Below are positions 29,038 to 39,554 of a stretch of DNA of 64,000 bases, in pieces. The notes under the pieces were generated by a model. It was not told the DNA's origin. It searched no databases and was given only the letters and a program-made list of their open reading frames with translations. Position numbers and translations under genes: made by a program. Source of the DNA: Rhodoluna sp. (GTDB lineage: Bacteria; Actinomycetota; Actinomycetes; Actinomycetales; Microbacteriaceae); contig JBIJAF010000001.1 of NCBI GenBank assembly GCA_044345905.1, positions 20,305 through 84,304 on the forward strand, in the 5' to 3' direction. Positions within the stretch are counted from its first letter, which is position 1. Each line of letters begins with the position of its first letter.

Positions 29038-29907
29038 ATGCCTAGAGATGCGAAAACTGGAAACCTCATTCCTGGTCGCATTAGCCCAAAACTAGATGTT
29101 CCAGCTTCCATCCCAAGACCTGAATATGTTGGAAAAGCAGTGCCCTCGAAATTCACTGGTTCAAACATCAAGACCCCAGAGCAAATTGAGAAAATCAGGC
29201 ACTCAGGCAAAATAGCAGCACAGGCAATCGAACTTGTTGGTCGGAATGCTAAGCCTGGAATCACAACTGACGAATTAGACAAAATTGCTCACAACTTCCT
29301 TATTGAGAACGGTGCATACCCTTCCACTCTTGGCTACAGGGGTTACCCAAAATCTATTTGTTCTTCCCTAAACGAGGTTATCTGCCACGGTATTCCTGAT
29401 GACACAGTTCTTGAAGACGGTGACATTCTCAACATTGACATCACTGCCTACATTGATGGCTTCCATGGCGATAGTAATCAGACATTCCTGGTTGGAGAAG
29501 TAAAGCCTGAGGTAACTGACCTGGTTGAAAGAACTCGAGAAGCGCTGGCTAGGGGTATCGCTGTTGTTGCTCCAGGGAGATCTGTAAACCTAATTGGTCG
29601 AGCCATAGAGTCCTACGCCAAGAGATTCAACTATGGAGTGGTTAGAGATTTTACCGGCCACGGTATTGGTGAAGCTTTTCACAGCGGATTGATCATTCCG
29701 CACTATGATTCAGCACCTATGTATTCAGATGAAATGCAGGTTGGCATGGTCTTCACAATCGAACCTATGCTCACTCTTGGCACACACCAGTGGGACATGT
29801 GGGCAGATGGTTGGACTGTTGTTACTAAAGATAAAAGTATTACCGCTCAGTTTGAGCACACACTCGTTGTCACTGAAAATGGTGCTGACATTTTGACATT
29901 GGCCTAA
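29038..29907 (+). CDS. map: Type I methionyl aminopeptidase
   Basis: Metal-ligand contexts [26 protein letters not shown] and FEHT are present. Confidence 0.92.
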   Translation: MPRDAKTGNLIPGRISPKLDVPASIPRPEYVGKAVPSKFTGSNIKTPEQIEKIRHSGKIAAQAIELVGRNAKPGITTDELDKIAHNFLIENGAYPSTLGYRGYPKSICSSLNEVICHGIPDDTVLEDGDILNIDITAYIDGFHGDSNQTFLVGEVKPEVTDLVERTREALARGIAVVAPGRSVNLIGRAIESYAKRFNYGVVRDFTGHGIGEAFHSGLIIPHYDSAPMYSDEMQVGMVFTIEPMLTLGTHQWDMWADGWTVVTKDKSITAQFEHTLVVTENGADILTLA

Positions 29908-29916
29908 GGAGATATC

Positions 29917-30672
29917 ATGGCAAAAAGAGCTATCGGAATAGACATCGGTGGAACCGGAATCAAAGGAGCTTTAGTTGACGTCAAGTCCGGGAAGCTACTC
30001 AGTGAGCGATTGAGATATGAAACTCCTGCCGGAGGAACTCCTAAAGCAATTGCAAACACCTTGAAAGAGCTAATCTCTAAGCTTCCTAAAGCAGAGGGTC
30101 TTCCAGTTGGCATTTGTTTCCCGGCTGTTGTAAAGGCTGGTGTAACTAAATCAGCTGCCAATGTGTCAAAGGAATGGATTGACTTAGATGCTGACCGTCT
30201 ATTTGAAAAAGAATTGAAGAGAACAGTTCACGTTCTAAATGACGCTGATGCTGCTGGTTTAGCCGAAGCAAAGTTTGGAGCAGCCAAGAATGTTAATGGC
30301 TTGGTAGTTGTCACAACACTAGGAACAGGTATTGGAACAGCACTTATCTACAACGGCAAACTAATTCCTAACGCTGAACTTGGTCACCTAGAGATCGACG
30401 GTGTTGATTACGAATCAATGGCTGCCTTCTCAGCAAAAGAAAGAGAAGAACTTAGTTGGGAGCAGTGGGCTAAGCGTCTGCAGAAGTACTACTCAAAGCT
30501 TGAGGCTTATCTAACCCCAGATCTGTTTATTGTTGGTGGTGGAGTTTCAAAGGAACACGAAATGTTCTTGCCGCTTCTAAAGCTAAAGACCAAGATTGTT
30601 CCAGCAACAAACAGAAATAGTGCTGGAATCTTAGGAGCAGCCCACTGGGCAAAAAAGAACTCTATTGATTAG
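29917..30672 (+). CDS. ppgK: Polyphosphate glucokinase (ROK family)
   Basis: 251-aa ORF with GIDIGGTGIKGA and ELGHLEIDG motifs. The size and pattern are typical of actinobacterial PpgK. Confidence 0.8.
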   Translation: MAKRAIGIDIGGTGIKGALVDVKSGKLLSERLRYETPAGGTPKAIANTLKELISKLPKAEGLPVGICFPAVVKAGVTKSAANVSKEWIDLDADRLFEKELKRTVHVLNDADAAGLAEAKFGAAKNVNGLVVVTTLGTGIGTALIYNGKLIPNAELGHLEIDGVDYESMAAFSAKEREELSWEQWAKRLQKYYSKLEAYLTPDLFIVGGGVSKEHEMFLPLLKLKTKIVPATNRNSAGILGAAHWAKKNSID

Positions 30673-31027
30673 TGGAGGGGTCGGCCGATACGCCGGGTTC
30701 TGTACCTTACGGTGACGGCCATCTATCTAGCGACATTGTTACCAATGCCATCAAGCGGTCTACCCGAAGACTTGAACTAGCTGCTCTCAAACGCCTTCTG
30801 TATGACCTTGCTCCGAGCGAGGTTTACATAGCCGACTTAGTTACCTAAATCGCTGGTGGTCTCTTACACCACCGTTTCACCCTTACCACTTACGTGGCGG
30901 TCTACTCTCTGTTGCACTTTCTTGCGGTTTACACCGAGTGGGTGTTACCCACCACTCTGCTATTTGGAGCCCGGACGTTCCTCGTTAACGACAAGCGTTA
31001 CCGCGACCGTCTAGCCGACCCTTCCTC
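30673..31027 (-). ncRNA. rnpB: RNase P RNA, bacterial type A
   Basis: The reverse complement carries the universally conserved blocks GAGGAACGUCCGGGCUCC, GGUAAGGGUGAAACGGUGGUGUAAGAGACCACCAGC and ACAGAACCCGGCGUAUCGGCCGACCC. The P1 helix pairs GGAAGGGUCGGC (31025-31014) with GCCGACCCCUCC (30685-30674). Confidence 0.92.
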
Positions 31028-31063
31028 AATAAGAGTAATAGAGAAGACCTTTGAGGCAAACCC

Positions 31064-32254
31064 TTAGAGGTGATTGGTTTGATTGACTACTGTGATCTCA
31101 GCTGCTTCATTGCCCCAGAAACGAATAATGCTCATGGAGCATGGAGCAACACTGGTTCTCCAGTAAGCAGGCCAACCTGCTTGCAGAGCACTCTTTAGAA
31201 AACCTCGGATTGGCATTACGTGAGAAACGACAATCACAGTCTGGCCCTCGTACTTTTCCAGAATGTCAGCTAACCCGTTTTGAACTCTTACATCGAACTC
31301 TTCTAGAGATTCACCGCCAGGAGGTGAGATCTTTACATCTCCTCGCCACTGTTCATAGTGATCGGGCCAGTTCTCAGCTACCTCTTGATTGGTGTGTCCA
31401 TCCCAATCACCGAAAGAAATTTCAGCAATGTCTTGATTGATCTCTACTGGGATACCTAGTCTTGTGGCTACAACCGAAGCAGTTTCTCTAGTTCTTGCAA
31501 TAGGCGAACTGACAACGACAGTTGGCTTTAGAACCTTGGCATAGGGCCCTGAGTGGCTCACCTTAGTAAGTTCTTCAGCAACAGCCTGGGCATCTTGGAT
31601 ACCTGCTTCAGATAGTTGTGGGTCTTCTCCCCCTCGACCTGAAATGCGATGGCTCTCGGTGAGGATGGTTCTACCGTGACGAACCAGAATGATGGTTGTC
31701 AGCTTCTTTGAAATGTTTCTAGGTGCTCTCACAGAGCTAGGAAGCTCTGGGTTGTATTCAAGATCTGCTGCGACAACTTTGGATGATGATGTCACTACGC
31801 TGATTGTTGATGTGTCTGCAGAACCCACATACTTTCTAACAACGCTCTGCTCAGCATCCATGGCCTCATTCGCTAGAGCATCCGCTTTACCGTTCTGCTC
31901 TCTAGGAATCCACTCAAAAGTGATCTTTCTAGTTCCAATGCTTTGCTGCATTGCTTGGAAAAGGTCTTGCATGCCTTCGTTCTTTACTTTCCAACGCCCA
32001 GACATTTGTTCAACAACAAGCTTGCTGTCCATACGTACCAAGAGTTCAGCATCTGGCGCTATTTCATTTGCAACATCAACTGCTGCCAACACAGCTCTGT
32101 ATTCTGCAACGTTATTTGTAGCTACCCCGATAAACATTGCTATTTCAGCTAAAACACTTCCAGTCTGAGAATCAATTAGGACAGCACCAGAACCTGCGGG
32201 GCCTGGATTTCCTCTAGAACCACCATCGGCTTCAATAATGACAAGTTTGCTCAT
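31064..32254 (-). CDS. Bifunctional RNase HI / histidine-phosphatase (CobC-like) protein, Rv2228c-type
   Basis: The N-terminal RNase H has DEDD contexts (IIEADGGSRGNPG, NNVAEYRA, MDSKLVV, NGKADALAN). The C-terminal phosphoglycerate-mutase-like domain has LVRHGRT and VVSHVMP. ATG at 32254 overlaps the upstream TGA (ATGA); the ORF track starts at GTG 32275. Confidence 0.85.
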   Translation of the reverse strand: MSKLVIIEADGGSRGNPGPAGSGAVLIDSQTGSVLAEIAMFIGVATNNVAEYRAVLAAVDVANEIAPDAELLVRMDSKLVVEQMSGRWKVKNEGMQDLFQAMQQSIGTRKITFEWIPREQNGKADALANEAMDAEQSVVRKYVGSADTSTISVVTSSSKVVAADLEYNPELPSSVRAPRNISKKLTTIILVRHGRTILTESHRISGRGGEDPQLSEAGIQDAQAVAEELTKVSHSGPYAKVLKPTVVVSSPIARTRETASVVATRLGIPVEINQDIAEISFGDWDGHTNQEVAENWPDHYEQWRGDVKISPPGGESLEEFDVRVQNGLADILEKYEGQTVIVVSHVMPIRGFLKSALQAGWPAYWRTSVAPCSMSIIRFWGNEAAEITVVNQTNHL

Positions 32255-32964
32255 CGAACTATCATCGCTAAACACTCAGGGCAGTTTCCTACTTCATCCT
32301 CAGGCAAATCAGCAAGGGAATCAATTGTGTTGGCTGTTAGTCCCATATGGCATGCGGTGCAGGATCTTGATTCAACTTTCCCAACGGCAACCTGCTTGGC
32401 AGCTAGGAACTTATACTTCTCTAAAATTTCTGCAGGAATCTTTGAGGCAAGAATCTCGCGATCAGCAACCAGCTTGCGACCTTTATTCTTTAGCTCGTCG
32501 ACCTCCAATTGAATCTTCTCGCGAAGTTCTTCAATCTCCTTGGACGCCGCCTCACGTTTAAGAGAGATTGCATCTAGCTCTTGCTTCGCAGCTTCTAATC
32601 GATCAAGGATTTCAAGTTCTACTTCTTCTAACTCTTCTTTGCGAAGAGTGAGGGATTCAACTTCAGACTGAATGGCTTGAGCATCTTTAGGAGATGAAGT
32701 GGAGTTCAGTCTTTCTTTGTCACGAGCAAGACGATCTTCAACCATGTGTAGATTGTCATCTGCCTTACGAGATTCCATGTTTAGGTTCTCAAAGTTTGTG
32801 CGAGCAACAATTACTTCGCCTGAGTATTCAGACAATTGAGCAGACTTAGCACTCAATTCAGCGGAATTAACTGCTTTTGAAATATCGTTCTTGATTCTCT
32901 CGATATCAATATCAACTTCACACAACTTGAGCAGAGCGGATTGACCTGGTTTATCTAACTTCAT
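32251..32964 (-). CDS. Coiled-coil protein with C-terminal C4 zinc ribbon (Rv2229c-type)
   Basis: 237-aa ORF that is mostly heptad-like and E/K/L-rich. The C-terminus reads CTACHMGL....CPECLAMIV. It lies between nif3 and the RNase H fusion, as in other actinobacteria. Confidence 0.7.
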   Translation of the reverse strand: MKLDKPGQSALLKLCEVDIDIERIKNDISKAVNSAELSAKSAQLSEYSGEVIVARTNFENLNMESRKADDNLHMVEDRLARDKERLNSTSSPKDAQAIQSEVESLTLRKEELEEVELEILDRLEAAKQELDAISLKREAASKEIEELREKIQLEVDELKNKGRKLVADREILASKIPAEILEKYKFLAAKQVAVGKVESRSCTACHMGLTANTIDSLADLPEDEVGNCPECLAMIVR

Positions 32965-33797
32965 TGAGAATCTCTCTGTTTGTTCATTAGGAAATCAAAG
33001 ACATCTGTTCTTATGTCACAAACTTCAAAGCTAACTTCAGGCAACGCCTGTTCAAGTTCTTTCTTAGCTGTTTCAAGCCATACAAACTCTGCCGCCCAGT
33101 GTGAGATGTCAATCAAAGCAAACTCAACACCTCGAGCTTTGGCAAGCTCCAGAATCTCTTGAGAGCTGTGATGCTTGAGATCTGAGGTGATGAATACTTC
33201 AGCGCCTTGATCTAGAGCTAAAAGAGAGTATGAGTCTCCCGCACCAGCACAAAGAGCAATTCTTATAACTTCTCTATCGAAATCGCCTGCAACTCGAACA
33301 CCAGTAGCAGTTGGTGGAAGAATCTCATTCAACCTATTGGCTAGTTCGCCCAAAGTTATCGGTGCAACCAAGTTTCCAATCTGACCAATACCTTGTTGAG
33401 AGTTGGTTAGAGGTTGCAGTGGTTTGTTGCCTGTGAGACCTAGCGCTTTAGCTAAGACAGCAGATGTTCCAGATTCAACTGAGTCGGCGTTGGTGTGGGC
33501 TGAGTAAACAGCAATGTTTGATCTAACTAATTCAGCGAGTACATGGCCTTTAGCCGTGTCTTCAGCTATAGAAGTCACTCCCCTAAGCAACATTGGGTGA
33601 TGAGCAAAGATTAGATCTGCACCAACCTCTTTGGCATGCTCAACTATTTCTGAGGTGACATCAACAGTGAGTAAAACCTTTTTGATTTTCTGTGAAGATG
33701 AGCCTGTAACTAGACCAACAACATCCCACTCTTCAGCAAGATGTGTTGGCCATAGCTCTTCAAATACATCTATGGCAGAAGATAAAGGAACTGACAT
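32961..33797 (-). CDS. Nif3-like dinuclear metal centre protein
   Basis: 278-aa ORF with the motifs DLIFAHHPMLLRG and ISHWAAE. It shows 4-nt and 1-nt overlaps with its flanking genes. Confidence 0.8.
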   Translation of the reverse strand: MSVPLSSAIDVFEELWPTHLAEEWDVVGLVTGSSSQKIKKVLLTVDVTSEIVEHAKEVGADLIFAHHPMLLRGVTSIAEDTAKGHVLAELVRSNIAVYSAHTNADSVESGTSAVLAKALGLTGNKPLQPLTNSQQGIGQIGNLVAPITLGELANRLNEILPPTATGVRVAGDFDREVIRIALCAGAGDSYSLLALDQGAEVFITSDLKHHSSQEILELAKARGVEFALIDISHWAAEFVWLETAKKELEQALPEVSFEVCDIRTDVFDFLMNKQRDSQ

Positions 33798-36034
33798 TAC
33801 TCGTTGCCAACAAAGATATCGTTCAGCTGATCGCGTCTAGCTTCCAGTTCAAGAACTTCGCGTTCCTGCTTTCTGATCTGAGGAATTCGAATAGCGAAAG
33901 TAATTAGCATTCCGAAAGTGAGCGTAGCAAGGAACCCAATAGCAGCACTTCCAATGTTTGCTTCTAAGCCAAGGTAAGAAAGAGCAAAGCCCATGAAATC
34001 AAATCCGAACAATGTCACTGGTATCAAGGCAACAGCAAGAGCTAATGTCAGCACCCAGGTGATTAGAGCAAGGATGTTGAACTTCTTGTATAGACCGTAT
34101 GAACGTGACAGGGATAGCTCGTGGTAAGCCTGTCTTCTAATTGCAACATCAGCTGCAAAGATTCCAATCCATCCTGCTGATCCGGCAGCAACTAGAACAA
34201 ACAGGTTGCTTAGGTAAGTAACTTGCTGGCTCTCTGGTTGCTGAGCAAACAAGGCAAGAAGAAGAACTGTGACAACAACAGTTAGAACTAGACCTGTGAT
34301 GCGTGACTTAGTTCTAAATAGCGAAACGTAGTCAAGAGCAGCAGTTCTCAAGCTCAAGATTGTTGCGAAGAAGATTGTTAGAGCAGCACCTGCGGTAAGT
34401 GTTCCCTGAGCCCATGTCGGCAATACCTCAAGTGCCTGCTGAGGGCTCAAAGAAGCAGTAGCAGCAAGAGTGCTCAAAGATCCGAGCCATAGAACAGCTA
34501 GAACTCCGACAATAGCTGGAATAGCAAAGTTAGCGACCAGGACTGCAGAGAAGACCTTGATACCTCGAATGCTCATCGGAATAGCCTTGGAGATGTTTGG
34601 AGCTAGTGCGAACCAAAGAGTTAGGTTGACCATTACAACCAGTGCAAATCCAGCTAAACCAGTAAGAGAAACAAGCTCTGTTGGGCCTACCGCTGTGAAG
34701 CTAACACTTTGACCAGCGATACCAGCAAAGCTTTCAATAAAGATTACAAATCCAAGAAGGCTAACTAGTAGTTGAACTGTGCGACCGAAGATTCCACGTA
34801 ATGAAGCGATAATTGCTGCTCCAAGAACAAATACGATTTGGAAAACAAATCCTAAGGTGAATTCAATTCCTGCGACATCCAATAGAACTGTTGCAAACTC
34901 TTCTTGCATAACTCCAAGTTGGTTCATGAAGAAGGTAAAGATAGAAACCAGGATTGCTGCAACTGCAACTCTGCTAACAAAACTAATTGCTAGAGGAATT
35001 GAATTACCCCAAACACCAAATACTGATCTAGAGATAGTAGCTGTTGATAAACCACTTCTCTTTCCAGCTATTGCTGCTACAGCAATCAGCAATCCAGAAA
35101 CTAGATAACCACCAACAAGTGAAACAGTGATTGCAGTTGCATTCAGTCCAAGGCTGATAAGTAGCCAGACCAAAAGAACCGGAACGATTGTTGCCGATGC
35201 CCCAAGCCAAACCCATAGTTGTGAAAGCGGTCCACGGTTGCGGTGTTCATCTGAAGGAATAAGAACATTACTTTCAGTAGCAACAAGAGTTGCAACTGAC
35301 TTCTTCTCAGATTCTTCAAGTGCTGTTAGCTCTTCTTCTGCAGCAGCTGCAGCTAGAAGCATTTCAAACTCTGTTTCTGATTCTGAACCGCTAGGAGCAA
35401 GTTCCTCTACAGGTAAAACTTCAACAATCTCAACAAGTGTCTCTTCAACAACAACTTCTTCAGGCTCAGCTTCTGGCTCTTCAGTTTTGGTGAACCAAGA
35501 GAAAGTGCTTGGTTGCTCTGGCTCAACTGGTTCAACAATGGCTTCTACTGAAACTTCTTCAACTACTTCTGGCTCCGCAATAACTTCTGGCACTTCAACC
35601 ACCTCTGGCTTGGCAACAGGAGTTGGCGGAGCTGGGTTTAGCCAAGTGAAGACAGGTGGAGCCTTTGGAGCTTCAGGCTGAACTGGGGTTTCTGCGACTG
35701 GGGTTTCAACAACAGGAGCGACCTCGGCTACCTGAACAGGTTCAACGTAAGGAGGTTCTGCTGGAGCAACAGGCTCTTGAACCGGTGCTGGTGTACTGAT
35801 TCCTAGAAATGAGTTGAGAGCCGCTTGGGCTTCTGGAGAGCCATTTTGTCGCATGTTATCGATCCAAAGTTGCTCTTCACGGTCTTCTTCAACTCTGAGG
35901 GCTTCTTGGGCTACAAGTAGCTCCATAACAGCCTCAACACCTGAGTGAGAGGACATGGCCTGATTTACACGTGCTTCTAGTTCCTCATTAGAAAGGGAAC
36001 GTCGCACAGGTGGCTGAAAGTTGCTGGAATCCAT
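33797..36034 (-). CDS. NCS1/purine-cytosine-permease-like membrane protein with long acidic N-terminal extension
   Basis: The C-terminal roughly 470 aa form about 12 TM helices. A CodB-like signature is present: IAGKRSGLSTATISRSVFGVWGNSIPL versus E. coli CodB IGAKTGLTTHLLARFSFGVKGSWLPSL. The N-terminal roughly 270 aa are Pro/Glu/Val-rich. ATG is at 36034; the ORF track starts at TTG 36040. Confidence 0.6.
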   Translation of the reverse strand: MDSSNFQPPVRRSLSNEELEARVNQAMSSHSGVEAVMELLVAQEALRVEEDREEQLWIDNMRQNGSPEAQAALNSFLGISTPAPVQEPVAPAEPPYVEPVQVAEVAPVVETPVAETPVQPEAPKAPPVFTWLNPAPPTPVAKPEVVEVPEVIAEPEVVEEVSVEAIVEPVEPEQPSTFSWFTKTEEPEAEPEEVVVEETLVEIVEVLPVEELAPSGSESETEFEMLLAAAAAEEELTALEESEKKSVATLVATESNVLIPSDEHRNRGPLSQLWVWLGASATIVPVLLVWLLISLGLNATAITVSLVGGYLVSGLLIAVAAIAGKRSGLSTATISRSVFGVWGNSIPLAISFVSRVAVAAILVSIFTFFMNQLGVMQEEFATVLLDVAGIEFTLGFVFQIVFVLGAAIIASLRGIFGRTVQLLVSLLGFVIFIESFAGIAGQSVSFTAVGPTELVSLTGLAGFALVVMVNLTLWFALAPNISKAIPMSIRGIKVFSAVLVANFAIPAIVGVLAVLWLGSLSTLAATASLSPQQALEVLPTWAQGTLTAGAALTIFFATILSLRTAALDYVSLFRTKSRITGLVLTVVVTVLLLALFAQQPESQQVTYLSNLFVLVAAGSAGWIGIFAADVAIRRQAYHELSLSRSYGLYKKFNILALITWVLTLALAVALIPVTLFGFDFMGFALSYLGLEANIGSAAIGFLATLTFGMLITFAIRIPQIRKQEREVLELEARRDQLNDIFVGNE

Positions 36035-36090
36035 AGGCAAATCTTACCGCGAGTCTTAACTCATGCCTCTAGGTGGAGGTAGTCGAAAAG

Positions 36091-36163
36091 TGGGCCCTAC
36101 CGGGCTCGAACCGATGACATCCACGGTGTAAGCGTGGCGCTCTACCAACTGAGCTAAAGGCCC
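36091..36163 (-). tRNA. tRNA-Val (anticodon TAC)
   Basis: The reverse complement GGGCCTTTAGCTCAGTTGGTAGAGCGCCACGCTTACACCGTGGATGTCATCGGTTCGAGCCCGGTAGGGCCCA folds as a cloverleaf. The anticodon stem CCACG/CGTGG carries the loop CTTACAC. The T-loop is TTCGAGC. CCA is not encoded. Confidence 0.93.
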
Positions 36164-36211
36164 GACTCTTGACTGCAGCGCCTTATGGCACTTGTAAAAC
36201 TATACAACAGG

Positions 36212-36676
36212 CTAGGCGGTCAAAGATGCCAAAGCACGACTATATTCGTCAATGGATCTGGCTTGACCAGGAGCGGTCACGAATTTAGACACCAAAACAC
36301 CGTCTTTATCGATAACAAAGGTGCCTCTATTGGCAATTCCGTGCTCCTCTAGGAAGACTCCATAATCCTTGGCAACCTGTCCATGAGGCCAGAAATCAGC
36401 CAAAACAGAGAACTTATAGCCCTCGTGCTCAGCAAAAACCTTCTGAACGTACTTGCTGTCCACTGAAATAGCTAGCAATTCAACGTCGCTGGAGGCGAAT
36501 TTGTCGAAATTATCGCGAATCTCGCATAGTTCGCCTGTGCAAACGCCTGAGAAAGACAATGGGTAGAAAACCAAGACAACTGGCTTCTTTCCTCTGAAAT
36601 CTGACAGGGTAATGTTCTCCCCGAACTGGTTAGCAAGGGTGAAATCAGGGGCTAGATCTCCGATAATCAATGACAT
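36212..36676 (-). CDS. ahpE: Peroxiredoxin, AhpE-like
   Basis: 154-aa ORF with the peroxidatic Cys context VLVFYPLSFSGVCTGELCEIRD. It is adjacent to aceE, as is M. tuberculosis AhpE. Confidence 0.8.
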   Translation of the reverse strand: MSLIIGDLAPDFTLANQFGENITLSDFRGKKPVVLVFYPLSFSGVCTGELCEIRDNFDKFASSDVELLAISVDSKYVQKVFAEHEGYKFSVLADFWPHGQVAKDYGVFLEEHGIANRGTFVIDKDGVLVSKFVTAPGQARSIDEYSRALASLTA

Positions 36677-36825
36677 TGAAACTCCTTAGATTGGACTTGG
36701 CTCTAATCCTATAAAGCCTTCTCAACAAACCCTAAACTTATAAGGGACCTAAACCGGTCCCCCCACTATTTTTGACTGAAGCACCACAATTGCCTTCAGT
36801 TATCTAGAGCCGAAACGAGGATTCT

Positions 36826-39552
36826 TTGTCCATCAACAATCAGGACGTCTTTCAGAGCAACACTCCAGATCAAGATCCAGAAGAAACCCGCGAGTGGCTC
36901 GAGTCCCTCGATGCAGTAGCAAGAGTTCACGGTCCTAAGCGTGCTCGCGAAATCATGTTAAACCTTCTAAAGCGTTCACATGAACTTCAGCTAAATGTCC
37001 CGATGGTTCAGACCACCGACTACATCAATACCATTGCCACTACTGACGAACCTACTTTCCCAGGTGATGAAGCAATTGAAAGAACTTACCGAGCATGGAT
37101 GCGTTGGAACGCAGCTGTTCTAGTTCACCGTGCTCAGCGTCCAGGAGTTTCTGTTGGTGGACACATTTCAACTTATGCTTCTTCTGCTTCACTTTACGAA
37201 GTTGGTTTCAACCACTTCTTCAAAGGTCAAGACCATGCTTCAGGTGGCGACCAAGTCTTTATTCAAGGTCACGCAAGCCCTGGTCCATATGCTCGTGCAT
37301 TCTTAGAAGGTCGTCTAAGCGAAGACCAGCTAAACGGTTTCCGTCAAGAGAAATCTCACGCAGGTGGTGGACTATCTTCTTACCCTCACCCACGTCTAAT
37401 GCCTGACTTCTGGCAGTTCCCAACAGTTTCTATGGGTATCGGACCAATCAACGCGATCTACCAAGCTCAAGCAAACCGTTACCTAGCAGGTAGAAACTTC
37501 AAAGACACTTCCGAGCAACACGTTTGGGCTTTCCTAGGCGATGGTGAAATGGATGAAGTTGAATCTCGTGGAGCATTGCAGCTAGCTGCCAACGATGGTT
37601 TAGATAACCTAACCTTCGTTGTGAACTGTAACTTGCAGAGATTAGATGGTCCTGTTCGTGGTAACGGAAAGATTGTTCAAGAACTTGAATCATTCTTCCG
37701 CGGTGCTGGTTGGAACGTAATCAAAGTTATATGGGGTCGTGAATGGGATTCACTACTACAAAACGACACCGAAGGTGCTCTAGTAAATCTAATGAACACA
37801 ACTCCTGATGGAGATTTCCAAACATACAAGACTATGGATGGTGGATTCATTAGAGAGAACTTCTTCGGAAGAGATCCACGCACAGCAAAACTTGTTGAGT
37901 CAATGACTGATGAACAAATTTGGGGACTAAAGCGTGGTGGTCACGACTACCGCAAGATTTACGCTGCATACGCTCAAGCTCTTGCACACAAGGGTCAGCC
38001 AACAGTAATTCTGGCTAAGACAATCAAGGGTTACGGTCTTGGTAAAGCGTTCGAAGGTAGAAACGCTACCCACCAGATGAAGAAGCTAACTCTAGATAAC
38101 TTAAAGTCATTTAGAGATGACATGGGTATTCCAATCACTGATGCTCAGCTGGAAGCTGATCCGTATCAGCCTCCTTACTACCGTCCAGCTCCTGGCACTC
38201 TAGAAATTGATTACATGCACGAGCGTCGTCGTGCTCTAGGTGGGTATCTTCCAGAGCGTCGCAGCAAGTATGTTTCCTTCGAACTGCCAGAAGACAAAGC
38301 ATACGAAGTATCTAAAGGTGGATCAGGTACACAAGAGATTGCCACCACAATGGCTTTCGTTCGTCTACTTAAAGATCTTCTAAAGACTCCAGAGCTTGGC
38401 CCAAGAATTGTGCCAATCATTCCTGATGAAGCAAGAACCTTTGGTATGGATGCGTTCTTCCCTACTGCAAAGATTTATAACCCTAAGGGTCAGCATTACA
38501 TCTCTGTAGACCGTGATCTGCTTTTGTCATACAAGGAAAGCGATGCTGGTCAAATTCTGCACACAGGAATCAACGAAGCTGGTTCTATGGCTGCCTTCAC
38601 AGCAATTGCTACATCTTATGCAACCCAGGGTCAGCCACTAATCCCGTTCTATGTTTTCTATTCCATGTTTGGATTCCAAAGAACAGCAGACGCGATTTGG
38701 GCAGCTACTGACCAGCTATCTAGAGGATTCATGATTGGTGCTACCGCTGGTAGAACAACTCTTACTGGTGAAGGACTTCAGCATGCTGATGGCCACTCAC
38801 CTATCATCGCTGCAACCAACACAGGCGTGATTACTTACGACCCTGCTTACGGTTACGAGATCGGTCACATCATCAAGGCTGGTATTGAGCGTATGTATGG
38901 TGGCGTTCACCAAGATCCGAACGTGATCTTCTACATCACTGTCTACAACGAGCCAGTTATTCACCCTGCTGAGCCAGAGAACGTTGACGTTGATGGAATC
39001 ATCAAGGGTATTCACCGCATCAGTGTTGGATCAGGTGCGGGTAAGAAAGCTCAAATTCTAGCTTCAGGTGTTTCAGTGCCTTGGGCTTATGAAGCTCAAA
39101 GATTACTTCACGATGACTGGAACGTATCTGCAGATATTTGGTCAGTTACTTCATGGAGCGAACTTCGTCGTAATGCTCTTGCTTGCGATGAACAGAAGTT
39201 CCTCTATCCAAATGAAGTAAGTCCATTACCATACATCACCAACAAACTTGCTGGTGCTCCAGGTCCATTCATTGGTGTTAGCGACTACATGCACCAGGTT
39301 GCAGATCAAGTACGTAAGTGGATTCCAGGTGAGTATGCAACTCTAGGCGCTGATGGTTTCGGATTCTCTGACACTAGAGCAGCGGCCAGAAGAGCATTCA
39401 AGATTGATGGTCCTTCAATTGTTGTTCGTGTACTTGAACAACTTGCATCTCGTGGAGATGTTGCAACTCATATTCCACAGATGGCAATTGATAAGTATCG
39501 TCTTCTAGATGTAACTGCTGGAACTTCTGGTAACGCGGGTGGAGACGCATAA
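36826..39552 (+). CDS. aceE: Pyruvate dehydrogenase E1 component (homodimeric type)
   Basis: 908-aa ORF with the N-terminal [13 protein letters not shown] and the ThDP motif [14 protein letters not shown]. The TTG start is forced, because the conserved N-terminus precedes the first ATG. Confidence 0.92.
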   Translation: MSINNQDVFQSNTPDQDPEETREWLESLDAVARVHGPKRAREIMLNLLKRSHELQLNVPMVQTTDYINTIATTDEPTFPGDEAIERTYRAWMRWNAAVLVHRAQRPGVSVGGHISTYASSASLYEVGFNHFFKGQDHASGGDQVFIQGHASPGPYARAFLEGRLSEDQLNGFRQEKSHAGGGLSSYPHPRLMPDFWQFPTVSMGIGPINAIYQAQANRYLAGRNFKDTSEQHVWAFLGDGEMDEVESRGALQLAANDGLDNLTFVVNCNLQRLDGPVRGNGKIVQELESFFRGAGWNVIKVIWGREWDSLLQNDTEGALVNLMNTTPDGDFQTYKTMDGGFIRENFFGRDPRTAKLVESMTDEQIWGLKRGGHDYRKIYAAYAQALAHKGQPTVILAKTIKGYGLGKAFEGRNATHQMKKLTLDNLKSFRDDMGIPITDAQLEADPYQPPYYRPAPGTLEIDYMHERRRALGGYLPERRSKYVSFELPEDKAYEVSKGGSGTQEIATTMAFVRLLKDLLKTPELGPRIVPIIPDEARTFGMDAFFPTAKIYNPKGQHYISVDRDLLLSYKESDAGQILHTGINEAGSMAAFTAIATSYATQGQPLIPFYVFYSMFGFQRTADAIWAATDQLSRGFMIGATAGRTTLTGEGLQHADGHSPIIAATNTGVITYDPAYGYEIGHIIKAGIERMYGGVHQDPNVIFYITVYNEPVIHPAEPENVDVDGIIKGIHRISVGSGAGKKAQILASGVSVPWAYEAQRLLHDDWNVSADIWSVTSWSELRRNALACDEQKFLYPNEVSPLPYITNKLAGAPGPFIGVSDYMHQVADQVRKWIPGEYATLGADGFGFSDTRAAARRAFKIDGPSIVVRVLEQLASRGDVATHIPQMAIDKYRLLDVTAGTSGNAGGDA

Positions 39553-39554
39553 GA

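Noticed and set aside
31689-32168. 159-aa + strand ORF (and the 99-aa ORF at 31141-31440) antisense to the RNase H/phosphatase gene
   Set aside because: Both lie fully inside a gene whose catalytic motifs are intact on the other strand, and I recognise no family for either. The antisense ORFs at 40007-40414 (fabD), 40870-41262 (fabH), 46520-46888 (M20 peptidase) and 51594-51965 (pyrD) are rejected for the same reason.
35127-35681. 184-aa + strand ORF antisense to the permease N-terminal region
   Set aside because: It is a Ser/Thr/Gly-rich mirror of the Pro/Glu/Val-rich coding repeats, with no start context. The 120-aa ORF at 15861-16223 antisense to the sucB linker is rejected for the same reason.
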